DNA from: Schmidtea polychroa
Lineage: Eukaryota
Assembly (NCBI GenBank): GCA_044892525.1
Contig: CM097885.1
Span: 32,614,001 to 32,678,000 of the forward strand
DNA length: 64,000 nt
Direction of reading: 5' to 3'
In this document: piece by piece, positions 15,301-28,098 of the stretch
Layout of the letters: each line of letters starts with the position of its first letter
Numbering within the stretch: position 1 is the first letter of the stretch
The notes under the pieces: generated by a model
The model's database searches: none
What the model saw: the letters and a program-made list of their open reading frames with translations, nothing else
Told to the model about the DNA's origin: nothing
Position numbers and translations under genes: made by a program

Positions 15301-16269
15301 AGAAATGATTATAAATATGTATTATTCTTGATTTAAGTTTATACATAATTGGTACTCGACAGTTCAAAGAAAATTTGCAAGAGTATCATTTCCAGTAATC
15401 CCACATTCAGTAATCTCGCTAAATGTAATTTCCAGTAATTTTAATTTCTGTGTCTTTGTGAATAATTTAATTAGTGACTAAGAAAATGATTCTAAAGAAC
15501 GACTAAAGAACGACCTAATAATCCAACAATTATTTTAAAATATTTACGATTAAATTTATTTGCGTATTATGCTAGAATTTAATATTTAGCACATTAAGCT
15601 AATACTTGTCTGTAAAAATATTTATTAAATTCAGGTGATAAATATGCAAATTTAAGCGTCAGATCCTAATTTTAAATAAATAAAAAATGATCAAGTGTCA
15701 CAATTAATTAAATTATATTTTTATTGGAATGACTTTTATTTTGAGAAAGGTTTGCGGTTTTTGGTTAATACTCATAACACATTTCTGTGTAATGTTTGAG
15801 TTTTGTTAACATATAATATTGATAAAAATTGTATTTGGTAAGAATTTTATTAAAATCAGCAAAATATTATTAAAAATTAATATAATAAGATTTTTATTTG
15901 CCAAAATTAAATTAAAAAACCAAATGTAATTTCTGAAAATTTTTAAAAATTATTTAATCAAGATTTATTAATTTAAATATTCTAATGATAAGCTCCCACT
16001 AATCTTCTGGATGAGTACTTCTTTGTCAAATTTATTGTCATCGAATGATTTATGAACAATCTTTACAAGACAAAAAGTTCTGCTTGTTGGTTAAATCCTA
16101 GGAAATTTTTTTGCGATTTTCGAGCTCAAATTAAATTTTAAAATTTTGATTATATTTTCTATAAATCTAATATTTATCTTACAATTTGTACTTAAAATTT
16201 AACAATTAATTTAATAATGTTTACTGTATTGTTCAATATCTCAACATGCTAAGAAATCTTCCAAGTACA

Positions 16270-17088
16270 TGTTGGGTATTGGTGCAAGTCGGTATCACTG
16301 TCTGACTCCTTCGTGTCCTTTGAAAACAAATTAAACACCCAACACAAAATCCTTATTTAAGACTAATACAATTACACTTTTGTTACACTTTTACTGATTC
16401 CACTACACTTGATACAACAACTTTTTGCACCTTTCAATACTACTGCAAATCTCACGTATGGATGAATGGGAGATGTCCCTTTCTGGTAGGTTCAATTTAA
16501 ATTATTCAATTGAAACTAACTTCACGGTTTTTCTTGTTACTCTGTATAAATTTCTAGCTTTCTTTTCTTCGCCAAACTGGTGGCTGGTTCACTTCTGATG
16601 TCTCTTTTTATACTTTTTATGAGAGGCCAATTATCTAGAAAATTGTGCTAAATTATTTCCTCGGGACCCAAAATCAATATTTGATGATTTTTAGATAATT
16701 TTGATTTATTTATCCTTGATTAGAGCTCAACATATTTCTTCTTTTTATCTTGTTGCTCGGGTCTCATTGCGCACCGGGTTTTCTACAGTGCTCGGGTTTC
16801 TAATGGGCTCGGGCTTCACATTAGCTCGGGTTTTCCATTACTGATTAATTAATTTTAATTAATTTGTTTTTCGCATTAACTTTCTCTGTGAACATCTTAT
16901 TAAATTTTTATTATAATTTCTGAAGTCGTCTATCAATTTGGCGTTCAACCCGATACCCGATACCGTTCAATATTGATTTTTGATTTTTATTAAATTTTAA
17001 TTAATTTTGCACTTTTATTGATTTTACTAATTTTTGTTATGCTTTCTTTTTATATGTGAATTTTTTGGTTTTAGTGCTAACCCCAACA
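16270..17088. mobile_element. Solo LTR (gypsy-type)
   Basis: TGTTGGG...CCCAACA termini with a 4-bp TSD TACA on both sides; no coding content. Confidence 0.8.
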
Positions 17089-20000
17089 TACATGTGAAGG
17101 TGTAATGATTTGAACTTAGAATTGGTTATAGTCAGTATCTTACCAAGGGTTGTGCATGGCAGAGTTCGCAAATTACATGAGGAAATAACCTTAATTATTC
17201 CAAAACTTTAATTTCACAGACAATATGATATTATTTTTATTCAAAATTAAAAGATGAAATGCTTTTTTTTGATAGACCTAGAAAATCAAAGTCTGTAGTC
17301 TAGGAATATATCAGTTGATTTATCTCTCAAACAGTTAGTTATATGTATTCAATATCTGAGAGATTCAGGCATAATAATATGTGTTGATAAACCATTATTT
17401 AGATTTTGCAAAAAAAATATTTATTCAAACTATAAAGATGGGCGTCATATTTATGCAAGACATAAATCTCGAGTTAAAGATGATGAGAATTAATATGTAG
17501 AAAAGAAATAATTATTAATATTTCTTTTCTGTTTTAACGGTGTGTTTTAAATTATTTTTTAATTTCCCAGGAAATATGATCCAATTTAATGCTTGGATAT
17601 ATAAAGTGAATGTTATTTTTCTTTATTTCTTTTAATACTAAAATGTTTTTTTTAATTATTATATTTTTATTTATTAGTTTTAAGTTAATAAAATGGCTCT
17701 CTTTAGCGAGATCTAAAAATGATCAAACGCTATCATTTTTGGTTAGTAGTCTATTTTATTTTGTATTTATTTCCTATTGTTATTATAAATTTCTTATTAA
17801 ATGCATAGGAAGTCCTTAAATTTGAAATTTCTCCATAAAACCTTTCTTTTTTGCAAAACCGTAACTGTATATTTTAATTGTTTAAATCACATTGCTAACT
17901 TTACTTCTAGTATATCATCATAACTTTATTTGAAGTCTTAAAATATTTTATTTACTTCAAGAAACTTTAGATAAAGAGCTTCGTAATTGCAAAGTGATTA
18001 AGTTAATGGTAATGTTCATAGGATACTTTTAACTTAACATGATCTAACCCAAAAGTCATTAAACTACGGTGTTCAAGTCGTGGGAAATATGTATGCATTG
18101 GCGTCAAAAGACAATGTGACCCTGACCAGGATAACCATCTGACCCTATCTCATTGGTCTTGTCTGTAAGTCCACATCAGTTTTACTGTATTAAGTTATGA
18201 GCATTTGAGCAATTTTCCATGTAAATTATTTTATTTAAAATAACAATTGTAATAAATTACAACTAGTGTATATTTAAAGGGTCAGAGTCAAATGTCTCTA
18301 TAAATATTAGAAAAATGTACAAATTATTTATAGTTCCACATAAACAAAGACTATGGGTCATAATTGGTAAGGCAAAGAAAAATCAAAGAAATTGATATAA
18401 AATATAACAAAATAAAAAATGAGAAAATATTTTTCGAAACGAAAAACGTTTATTGTAAATTAATTTTTAAAGTATTTATAAAGTAATATAATTTTATGGT
18501 GGGGTTAAATGTACCTATTTATTTAGTATAAAAATACTGTAGATAAACACAGGTGTTATTTATGATTAATTTTTTTACAAGATTTCATTTTATTTTTTAA
18601 AAAATGTCGATTTTGTTTCTTTAATTGACTATTTTATCTTGTATTTTAAAAAATTGACTAAGTAAAATGTCAAAAAATGGAAAATGGAAAGAAAATTCCA
18701 ATTTCATTGTTTTTGATTATTTTTCAAATGAAATAGTTTGAAACTAGCAGGGCAGGTATTTGAAACATATCAAGGACTCATTCGAAAAAGGTTTATGATT
18801 GCCAAATTATGAAATTTTGCATTACTTATCACGATTGTTTCAAAATCTTTATAAATATTTATTTTTCTGTGTTGAAATTAAAAAATAAAGAGAAGATTTG
18901 TATTTGGAAAAATATATAATTTTTTATTAAAATGATTTGTTATATTTAATAAGTGATATCGAGTCAAAGATGCCAGTTTAAATAATTTTTATTTTCTTGA
19001 TTATGAGAAAATAAAAATTTATTCGAATTGTAATTAAAATATGGTAAAAGCTTTGGACAATTAATTCAAGGCATAATGTTTATAAAAGAAATTGGTGATC
19101 TTTATTAGATAATATTTTTATAAATATTTTTTTCAGATTTTTGAATAAATCTTTTTAATTTTAAATTAGTAATGGTTTTAAATATTTATTCGATTTTCTA
19201 TGAATTTTTAACAAATTTTCACGTGTGAAATTTATATTTGCTTTTTCTTTTCATCGTTCATAACAGCAGTTTAAGATTGCATTTTTCAGATGTTAAGTTT
19301 ATGTTTTATGAGTGAAAATTAAAATTGAAATTCGCAGAATTCGAGTGTAACTTAATTTAAATTCGGAAAAAACAAATTTAAGTGCAAAAATAATTAAAAT
19401 TTTGAAAAATTGCAAAGTCAATATTTCATGGGGAAAGTATGACTAGGTAGATAGTGCGTAAAAAAAATGTAAGACGAATATAATAATATTAAATCTATTT
19501 AGATCCCCAGAAAATATAATTGCGAAAATACAAATAAATTAATTAAAATATTTGTTGATGGTATTAACCATTTTAGTTTAAAAACAAAATCACTGGATTT
19601 TTTAATATTCTTCATATTTATTTTATGACGATTCTTTTCATCTCTTAAACATTTCGTTGGACATGTCGCCCACTAAAGAACTTCAGAGTGCATTTTTGGT
19701 TTTGATGATTTCAAAAAACCGGTTGATGATTACAAAAAATGAAATTTAGTGATATTTAGTGAACTCTTTGAATTGCAAGTAATTCTTATCAACGTTAAAG
19801 ATCAAACTTTAATTAACATTCCATTTTATTTTCTTTTCAGTGTTGCAAATTTAACATCGTTCTTAAAATTATCTGAAGATTTTTAAAATTAATTATTAAA
19901 ATTTTAGACCTTAAGAGCCTAGATATATTTGCTTTTAAAAAAGGTGTTGTTAGAAATTTTCAATATCATCTTTATTTAAAATGTGTTTAAAAAAAATCTT

Positions 20001-20519
20001 CAAATTTATATATTTTATTTCAACTGATAAAGTTTATCAAAGGCTTTGATTCCGCTAACAAAATCAAAAATTTATGTTACATAAATATCTTGGGCAAATA
20101 TTTTATGAACAAACTTTAAATTAAAGTAAACATTTTATGTCAATCGAGTAACTGCATTAGCAGTAAAATTCTAATCAGGTGGAAAAATCAAACTTTTATC
20201 AAATTTTGTATTTCATATTTTTGTTTATGCACTTTTTTGTTTTACAGAATTGTCTAGTAAACAAAATTTTCTTAAATAAAGAAATATAATTTAAAATATT
20301 TGATCTAAATTTCTGATTTCATGAATTGTAAATATTTTTGCTTTATCATTAATTTGATTATTATTAGTTATGAAATTATAGCAATTACACTAATTATTTT
20401 ACACGATATAAACACTAAAATTTTGTATTATTATAAGAACTTTTATTTCTTCCAATTTCACCACTGATTATTTTTTCCATTGAATTTATTAAAAAGAGAG
20501 TTTGAAGACTATAAATCAG

Positions 20520-20805
20520 TTTAGAGTGCTTTCTATCTTTCTACTCTCATAATAAACTATATGTAGAGAGATTGGTAAAATTGGCTTATCATTGAAGGAT
20601 CTGCTTTAACCTTAAACGTTCTATGAATTCTTTAGTTTCAGCTCTTATTGTCATACTCAAATTATTGATTAAATTGGCGTCAGTTATTCCAATTCTAGTG
20701 CCATAATTGTTAATTTCTGGATCTTTATCGGAAATTATCTTAATCCTCAGTTCCTTCGCAGTGTCAAATACTGATGAGTCTATTAAACTTTTGTATTGGA
20801 TCAAA
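20520..20805 (-). pseudogene. Degenerate Hsp90 N-terminal ATPase-domain fragment
   Basis: IQYKSLIDSSVFDTAKELRIKII...IGITDANLINNL...TKEFIERL, then ADPSMISQF in another frame. Parallels Hsp90 [20 protein letters not shown]...[28 protein letters not shown]...ADISMIGQF. Confidence 0.75.
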
Positions 20806-22277
20806 CGCGTTATTATACATTGAAATTACGATGTTCATCATTTGACTGACTTCAATATCGGTTTAGGCGTTCTACAACAGCGGTTCCCAGCCTATGGGTC
20901 GCGACCCCAACATTATATGCTGAAAATAATTTATTTGCGCAAGTCCATAGTTTCTTACTGTCTATATATAATATATTATAAGAACTTTTTTTAATTTCAC
21001 CACTGATTTCTTTTCCATTGTATATCTTAAAAAGCTTAATGACTATGAATCAGTAAATATATCGATGTAAATATATCAGTAAATATATCGATGTAAATAT
21101 ATCAGTAAATATATCGATATATATAGATAAATATATAGCGTGTAGGACTTACAGTTTAAAGTGAGTAACAAATCACTTAGCAGCCACGTATAAATATCTT
21201 GAATATATTATATAGTTTTGTAGTAGGCAAATAATAAAAAGATTTTCATATTTCACAATTTTTTTCGCTGTAGATATTTTTTAAATGAACTTGGCAACAA
21301 AAATTTACTCATTTTACCTTGAATACATTATTATGTATAACAAGGTATTTATGTATACCCCAATCACAGCCGGGCAGTAATTTACTATAAAAATACGAAG
21401 AAATTAATAATTAAATTTTTAGTTTAAAATATTGATAAAACAAAATAATAAATTGACATTTAATTTTTAATTTTAATTAGATATAATGTTGTTTACTTTG
21501 GTCAGACATTTGCGGAGATCAAAATTTCGCCGACTTTATTAATGACAATAAATATTTTGTTTGGCTTCTCAGAATTTTATTAAAAAGCATAAAAATTTTT
21601 TTAACACAGGTTAGTAAATAAGAATAATTTTTCTCAATAAAATTAATTTACAATATATACAATTTATATTTTTACCCTTAAAAAGGTTTTGAAATAAAAA
21701 AAACTCCATTTGTTAATATCTATTAAAATGTTAAACTTGAATCCATCCAATTTTTATAAAAAATCTAAATAGTTATCATTTCGTAATTCATAATTAAAAA
21801 TTATGAATTATGACTAATTTCATCCAAATTATTTTTCAATTATAAATGATTACTTGTTTTTAACTAATGCCATCATCTACATAGAGTTTCATTTAATAAT
21901 TTGATGTATGGCATCTGTTATTGAAATAGAAAAACAAGAGACAATATTTTAAGTATTACCCACAATTTCACGAATACAATAAGTTTTGTTTTCATTGAAT
22001 TTTTCTTAACATTACATAAATAGTAACCAAATGAGGTTTAAGTATTTAAATGTTAAGAATCACTTAGATTTATTTACCTTATTTTAATGTGTTTAATTAG
22101 TAAGCCAGATTAATTAAGAAAACTAATTCTTTACAAGTCATGTTAAAAATAGTTTCATTGTCGTTTTATTATTGTTTGACTATATATATTGTAGTTATTA
22201 CACATGAAACATTTGAATTATTAATTTCCCATTTTTGCATAAGTAGGGTATTGTGTGGACCCGGAAACAAAGACATA

Positions 22278-22590
22278 TGACGTCATCGATGACGTCACAA
22301 AGACATATGACGTCATACCCCCGGGGGAGGGGTTTTTTTTTTAATTTTTTTTTTTTAATTTTTTTTTTAAATTTTTTTTTTTTTTTTTAAATTTTTTTTT
22401 TAAAATTTATATTACGTTGCGGTTTTTTAAAATTTATATTACGTTGCGGTATTTTAAAATTTATATTACGTTGCGGTATTTTAAAAATATATTACGTTGC
22501 GGTATTTTGAAATTTTAATTATTAAATATATTACGTTGCGGTATTTTAAAATTTTAATTATTAAATATATTACGTTGCGGTATTTTAAAA
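22278..22590. repeat. Terminal motifs: 3x TGACGTCA and 6x TATTACGTTGCGGT (mirrored at ~32105-32391)
   Basis: TGACGTCA at 22278, 22290 and 22308; six TATTACGTTGCGGT copies over ~22409-22581. Confidence 0.9.
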
Positions 22591-22863
22591 ACTTATTTTG
22601 ATGGTTAAATAAAATAAAATTATTACACACAATACTCAGACAAAATATTCTGTTCCCCTATGGTCACACACACAATGTATAAAAATATTATTATTAATGT
22701 CCACACACGCAACAAGTTAGTGTTCTCATCGATATATTATTAATCTATATACTCCGAGTTTATCCGACAAAATATTCTGTCCCCCTATGGGATACTGCTA
22801 ACAAGGGTACTGGTCGCGCTCAACAACTCGCAAGGGTATTATTAAACAATGTAATAAAACATA

Positions 22864-22864
<1 letters not shown>

Positions 22865-22932
<68 letters not shown>

Positions 22933-23033
22933 CATTATTATTATTATTATTATTATCATTATTATTATTATTATTATTAATATTAATATTATTATTATTA
23001 TTATTATCATCATTATTATTATTATTATTATTA
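22865..23033. repeat. (ATT)n tract in the left arm (mirror (AAT)n at ~31655-31826)
   Basis: Seen directly; it produces the spurious poly-N and poly-I ORFs in the track. Confidence 0.95.
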
Positions 23034-23285
23034 TGGGTACTGCTCACAAAGGTAAATGTCACAAAGTTACTGTTAAAAAATATTCAAGACAAAACATTAA
23101 CAAAGAAATTATACTTTAAATATACACTAAAATTTATTAACACACTGGGTAAAGGTGATAAAGGTAACTAACAAAACTTTAACATATTATTATTACACAC
23201 AATGTATAAAAATTGTTCACAAAGTTACTGTTAAAAAATATTCAAGACAATATGACTAATACATTTATTAAATAATTTAAACACA

Positions 23286-26243
23286 TCATCGAAAATAATC
23301 ATGTCCAAAATAATTATCATCTGCTGGATCATGGAAATCATCTGTATCATCTGCTGAGATAGCTTCCGTTGAATCTATAAATATAACGGTGTCACCGCCC
23401 CTATAATGACCATATGCCAAACTTTGATTTTTATCCACCCAATTTCGCTTATCATCTCTACATGTCAAGGCTCTTTTATTATTTTTAATACTAAAAAGTT
23501 GGTGATTTTTTGACGTTATTCTAAACTGAGGGACTGTGTATATTTTATCATTTAAATAACAATCTAGATACGACTGATGTGTTAGTCCAGTATCTTTCAT
23601 ACTTATCCCCTTAGCCTTCATACTTTCCTCATCACCCATCAAACTGTAACATTTAGGTCTCAAGAACACCCAATCTTTATATAATAACCCTTTATTCTCG
23701 TCTTTGAATTTACCAATGACAGAATCAAGGTTCCTACTATATAAAGGATGATTTGGGTCATAATTCGAAGTATCTAATAATTGATCTCTAATCATCGCAG
23801 GTAAAAGAATGTCAAGACTACAATGTTTAATTTCCAAGAAGAAGGAATCTGTGTCTCCAGCAACGATATTAATTTCGCAGTTGAATTCGTCGCGATATTT
23901 TTGCAACTCTTCATACTGCAGCTGGTACATCCTGAGTTTGGATAAATCAAGTACGGTTTGACCAATGTAACTAGGTCTATTCAAACATACTATGTCCTTC
24001 CTCAATAAAACCGAAATCAAGTCATCATCGATTTTCGTGGATTTACGAAAAGTCGGTTTCGAACAGAATGTTAATAATCTCTGTGAAGAATTACACAGAC
24101 GTAAATTAATACGTTTTTTAAGATTTTCAACAGTCTTGCCGTAAAGACTGTTGTTTAATAATTTATAAAAATTTTTATCGAGTTTATTTGTCGACGCTGC
24201 TCGTAACGCCGTATTTGTGTTAATATAATTTTTGAAAATTTTATCTTGTTTAAATTTAATTGCTCTATGTGTTTTTGATATTTTAACACCTAATTTAATA
24301 AATATTTGTAGAAGCCTCCAATGAAGAACGTAGTTCCTCTTGGGGCTGTGTGTAAGCAACAGCTTCTCTATTTTCGAACCCGGTACACACATCTTTTCAG
24401 CGGCAACGGGAAGATCGTCCAGTTTGTCGTGAATTGACGTCGGTATTTCTAAATCCACTTCTATGGTATAACCATAATCAAGCAGATCTAAATCTACCGT
24501 TGTGCATTCAACAATTATATTATTTAATAAATTATCATCAGTAACCCATTCAAAGTCACTGCAAGGTAATGGTTGACTTAAAGCCCAACCGTATAAATTA
24601 TTTATATCTATGTAAAGCAAAGCGGTATCCGGGTCTGTTTTTACATAATGTTTATTTACAAAAGTTAGTCCGCCACGGATACCGCCCTCGAAAAAGTTAT
24701 ACATCTCCATATCGGTGAGGAGCTCAATTGGAGAGTTTAAAGTTAATAAGGCTGAATTCCAAGACATACCTGGAATCCCTAAGAAATTTAATGGCTCTAG
24801 TCGGTTATGAGCAATGGACTTAGCTCTAAATTGCTGGAAAAAATCGGCTAAAAGGAAAACATCAAGTTTTAAATAAACCATCATGTAATCGAAAAGTGAA
24901 GTACATGAAGTTTCAACCCAAATTCGCTGAGCTGTCTCATATTCAGCGGGAGTCACATCTTTCCAAATAGGAGGTAACTGATGAGTGTTATGCAAAACCT
25001 CTAATGAAGTTGCGGCATCATAAGGAAAAATTCCCTTTGCAGTTATTATTGTACCCTGAAATTCTGATTCGGTCAAGGGTAAAGATGATAAAGTTTTGAC
25101 AGCATTATTTAAAGACTCGCTGACAAATTGATAAGAGTCTATAAATTTAACAGTTAATGAGTCAATCCTAGCAAAAAGACTAAGGAATTTCTCGCTGGTT
25201 AAAGGAATACAACTAATATTCCATGAATGATATTTTGAAAGGCCAAATTTCAAGATATGATGCAGATCATAACCCTTTAAATTATGAAATACTACAGGAA
25301 GGGTATGTCTAATTTGCCTCGACAGATTACAAGTTGTACAAGCGGCACCAAGATATAGACCGGTAAAATGATCATGGTCCCTAACTGGACTAACTAAAGG
25401 CTTATTGCACAAATAACATGATGTGCTGTTTTCAAACATTAATTGTTGCTCATCTGTAATTATCATTTTCTTTTGATAATTTTTATAATAATAAGGAGTT
25501 ACAATATATTTCCCTATCATTTCAATTTCAGTAAGAAATTGATCGACACAATCTAAACCGGTGAACGACTTATAAATTTTTACGCCCGTGAAATTATTAA
25601 TAAAAAGCATACCGGCAGAAATAGGCAGATGACGTTGAAAGTAGCGAGTGTCTTTAGGTAAGATAGCCTCAAAGTCAGCGTAAATAACAAAGGGAGGAGT
25701 AACTGTTTTACTCCAATCAGTAAATTCTAAATATTTATTTTTAGGCAATGTGTACAAGGTAGTACCAAGCTGATTTTTATCGCAAAGACCCTTATGTCTA
25801 TTAAAAGCGTCATCATTCCTAAAACCGTTTAAACATCTAGGGCACCACTGACTACAAATCCTAACAGGAGTGATTGAACTATTCCTACAATTAAGAAATC
25901 TATTTAGGTCTGTGATTCCAAGATAATGATAATTATCATTCTTTTCAATTAATAATAAATTGATAGGTATGGCTCCTACTATCTTACTCCTATATATTAT
26001 ATCAATAAAGGGATGTTTCATAACTGCATCTTCATCGGAAATGTCAATCAAAGCCCTTTCGTTATAAGTAAGAACATTAATACTATAACCCGGATTTTGT
26101 TGTTCAAATTTACTTATATTTGATAGTTTCATCGGCATATCATTAGGATCAAATTTAATTTCAGAAAGATTGTAGGAATTAGGGCGATTTCTATATTGCC
26201 TATTTATACTATCATATTTAATAATTGACAAGAAACTATACAA
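23286..26243 (-). CDS. Protein-primed family B DNA polymerase, 5'-truncated copy
   Basis: Same sequence as the + copy. The frame is open to about 26437, but the N-terminal coding region was removed by an 822-bp deletion. Confidence 0.85.
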   Translation of the reverse strand: MYSFLSIIKYDSINRQYRNRPNSYNLSEIKFDPNDMPMKLSNISKFEQQNPGYSINVLTYNERALIDISDEDAVMKHPFIDIIYRSKIVGAIPINLLLIEKNDNYHYLGITDLNRFLNCRNSSITPVRICSQWCPRCLNGFRNDDAFNRHKGLCDKNQLGTTLYTLPKNKYLEFTDWSKTVTPPFVIYADFEAILPKDTRYFQRHLPISAGMLFINNFTGVKIYKSFTGLDCVDQFLTEIEMIGKYIVTPYYYKNYQKKMIITDEQQLMFENSTSCYLCNKPLVSPVRDHDHFTGLYLGAACTTCNLSRQIRHTLPVVFHNLKGYDLHHILKFGLSKYHSWNISCIPLTSEKFLSLFARIDSLTVKFIDSYQFVSESLNNAVKTLSSLPLTESEFQGTIITAKGIFPYDAATSLEVLHNTHQLPPIWKDVTPAEYETAQRIWVETSCTSLFDYMMVYLKLDVFLLADFFQQFRAKSIAHNRLEPLNFLGIPGMSWNSALLTLNSPIELLTDMEMYNFFEGGIRGGLTFVNKHYVKTDPDTALLYIDINNLYGWALSQPLPCSDFEWVTDDNLLNNIIVECTTVDLDLLDYGYTIEVDLEIPTSIHDKLDDLPVAAEKMCVPGSKIEKLLLTHSPKRNYVLHWRLLQIFIKLGVKISKTHRAIKFKQDKIFKNYINTNTALRAASTNKLDKNFYKLLNNSLYGKTVENLKKRINLRLCNSSQRLLTFCSKPTFRKSTKIDDDLISVLLRKDIVCLNRPSYIGQTVLDLSKLRMYQLQYEELQKYRDEFNCEINIVAGDTDSFFLEIKHCSLDILLPAMIRDQLLDTSNYDPNHPLYSRNLDSVIGKFKDENKGLLYKDWVFLRPKCYSLMGDEESMKAKGISMKDTGLTHQSYLDCYLNDKIYTVPQFRITSKNHQLFSIKNNKRALTCRDDKRNWVDKNQSLAYGHYRGGDTVIFIDSTEAISADDTDDFHDPADDNYFGHDYFR

Positions 26244-26418
26244 AAAGCAGAAGTGGTCATTATTAACTACATTAACGAGACAGCTTAAGTTTCTTAAAGA
26301 TTTTGGGGTTTCAATAAAACTTCTACCACTTAACCGACTTATTTCAGCAAATTTAGTCAGAACAAAGCTTATGTATTCTATTTTATTGATAGTCCAATTA
26401 CTACCTTTCTCATTTCCA

Positions 26419-27451
26419 ATAGGATGTAGGTGACACCGTTATATTTGTGACTATAATATCTTTCCATTATATCATCGCAGTCATTATGATATTGACTATT
26501 ACAAAAGTTTTGGTATTTCAAACCTATGAAAATATTTTTATCATAAAATGTTTAAAAAATAATAAGATAATAATCATTTTTAAAGTTTAAGATATTTTTC
26601 GTAAGATATTATTCAAAATTGACTTTTAAATAGTATCTTATAAAAAATAATATAAAATATATAATTTAATTCATTTTCATAAATAAATAAATAATTCATT
26701 TTCAAAAATAGATTTTATGTTTAATATATTATTATTTTATGTTTAATATATTATTTGTTAAATTTTATGTTTAAAAATATTATGTAATACTATTACATGT
26801 TCAGTGCATGCACAGTGCAAAGTAACAAAGCACTGAACATGTAATAGTATTACATAATATTTTTAAACATAAAATTTAACAAATAATATATTAAACATAA
26901 AATAATAATATATTAAACATAAAATCTATTTTTGAAAATGAATTATTTATTTATTTATGAAAATGAATTAAATTATATATTTTATATTATTTTTTATAAG
27001 ATACTATTTAAAAGTCAATTTTGAATAATATCTTACGAAAAATATCTTAAACTTTAAAAATGATTATTAGAAGATTTATTTATTTATGATGATTTTATAA
27101 AGAAGATTTATGAAATATGATGATTTTGAACATTATAATTAATAACTTTTATATATTATTTATGAAAATCTATTTTAGAAAATGAATTATTTATTTATGA
27201 AAATGAATTAAATTATATATTATTTTTTATAAGATACTATTTAAAAGTCAATTTTGAATAATATCTTACGAAAAATATCTTAAACTTTAAAAATGATTAT
27301 TATCTTATTATTTTTTAAACATTTTATGATAAAAATATTTTCATAGGTTTGAAATACCAAAACTTTTGTAATAGTCAATATCATAATGACTGCGATGATA
27401 TAATGGAAAGATATTATAGTCACAAATATAACGGTGTCACCTACATCCTAT
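26419..27451. repeat. Inner inverted repeat and central hairpin of the element
   Basis: 26419-26807 pairs with 26830-27451, where the right side carries an extra ~233 bp bounded by a direct repeat. The loop is 22 nt (26808-26829). Confidence 0.9.
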
Positions 27452-27453
27452 GA

Positions 27454-27573
27454 CCTAAATGTGAGGTTATTGAAGTTATAACGTATAAGGAATTTTATAA
27501 TAAGCATAGACTCCATCTCCAACAATTTAAACCTTCTAAGAAGTCTCTTTTCTATAGCTTATATGAATCGTTT

Positions 27574-27604
<31 letters not shown>

Positions 27605-28098
27605 TCAACAACAATAATAATAATATCAACAACACTAATAATAATATCAACAACACTAATAATAATATCAACACTAATAATATCAACAACAATAATAATA
27701 TCAACAATAATAATATCAACAATAATGATATAAACGAAATAACTAAACTAAAAGATCAAGTAAATAAATTAAATGATCAAATAAATAATCTAATTAATAT
27801 GAATAAAAGAAAAAATAATGAAAAAATCAATTCAATACCAAGTAAAAAATCTAAAGTTATTGAAATAATCAACATAAGTGATGATGATGAAATATTCAAC
27901 ATAAGTGATGATGAAATTGATAATAATAATAGTAGTAGTAATATTTATTATAATAATGGTAATAATAATAATATTAATCAAATAGGTTATGGTGTCGTAG
28001 ATGTCACCAGTGATTTAAATAATAATCATTATATTAAAAATGGACGTTTCGTCTTTAGATTTAAAAACGGTCTCTGTACCAGACATTTTAATAAATAA
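27454..28098 (+). CDS. Asn-rich ORF, probable frameshifted N-terminus of PolB
   Basis: Frame is open from 27454 (after TGA 27451) through the track ORF 27799..28098. Contains poly-N, a basic NLS-like patch and a QIGYG motif, and overlaps the PolB ORF by 59 nt. Confidence 0.5.

Larger units (their letters stand above)
22242..26414 (-). repeat. Left arm of the giant inverted repeat (pairs with 28274..32427)
   Basis: Reverse-complement match from the terminus through the PolB CDS. The shared 984 aa of PolB are identical in the ORF track; a few differences occur near the termini. Confidence 0.92.

Noticed and set aside
22409..22590. CRISPR-like appearance of spaced repeats
   Set aside because: The spacers are short, AT-only and repetitive; the context is eukaryotic with no cas genes.
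22798..23062. Poly-Ile and poly-Asn ORFs (also 31626..31893)
   Set aside because: They are translations of the AAT microsatellite.
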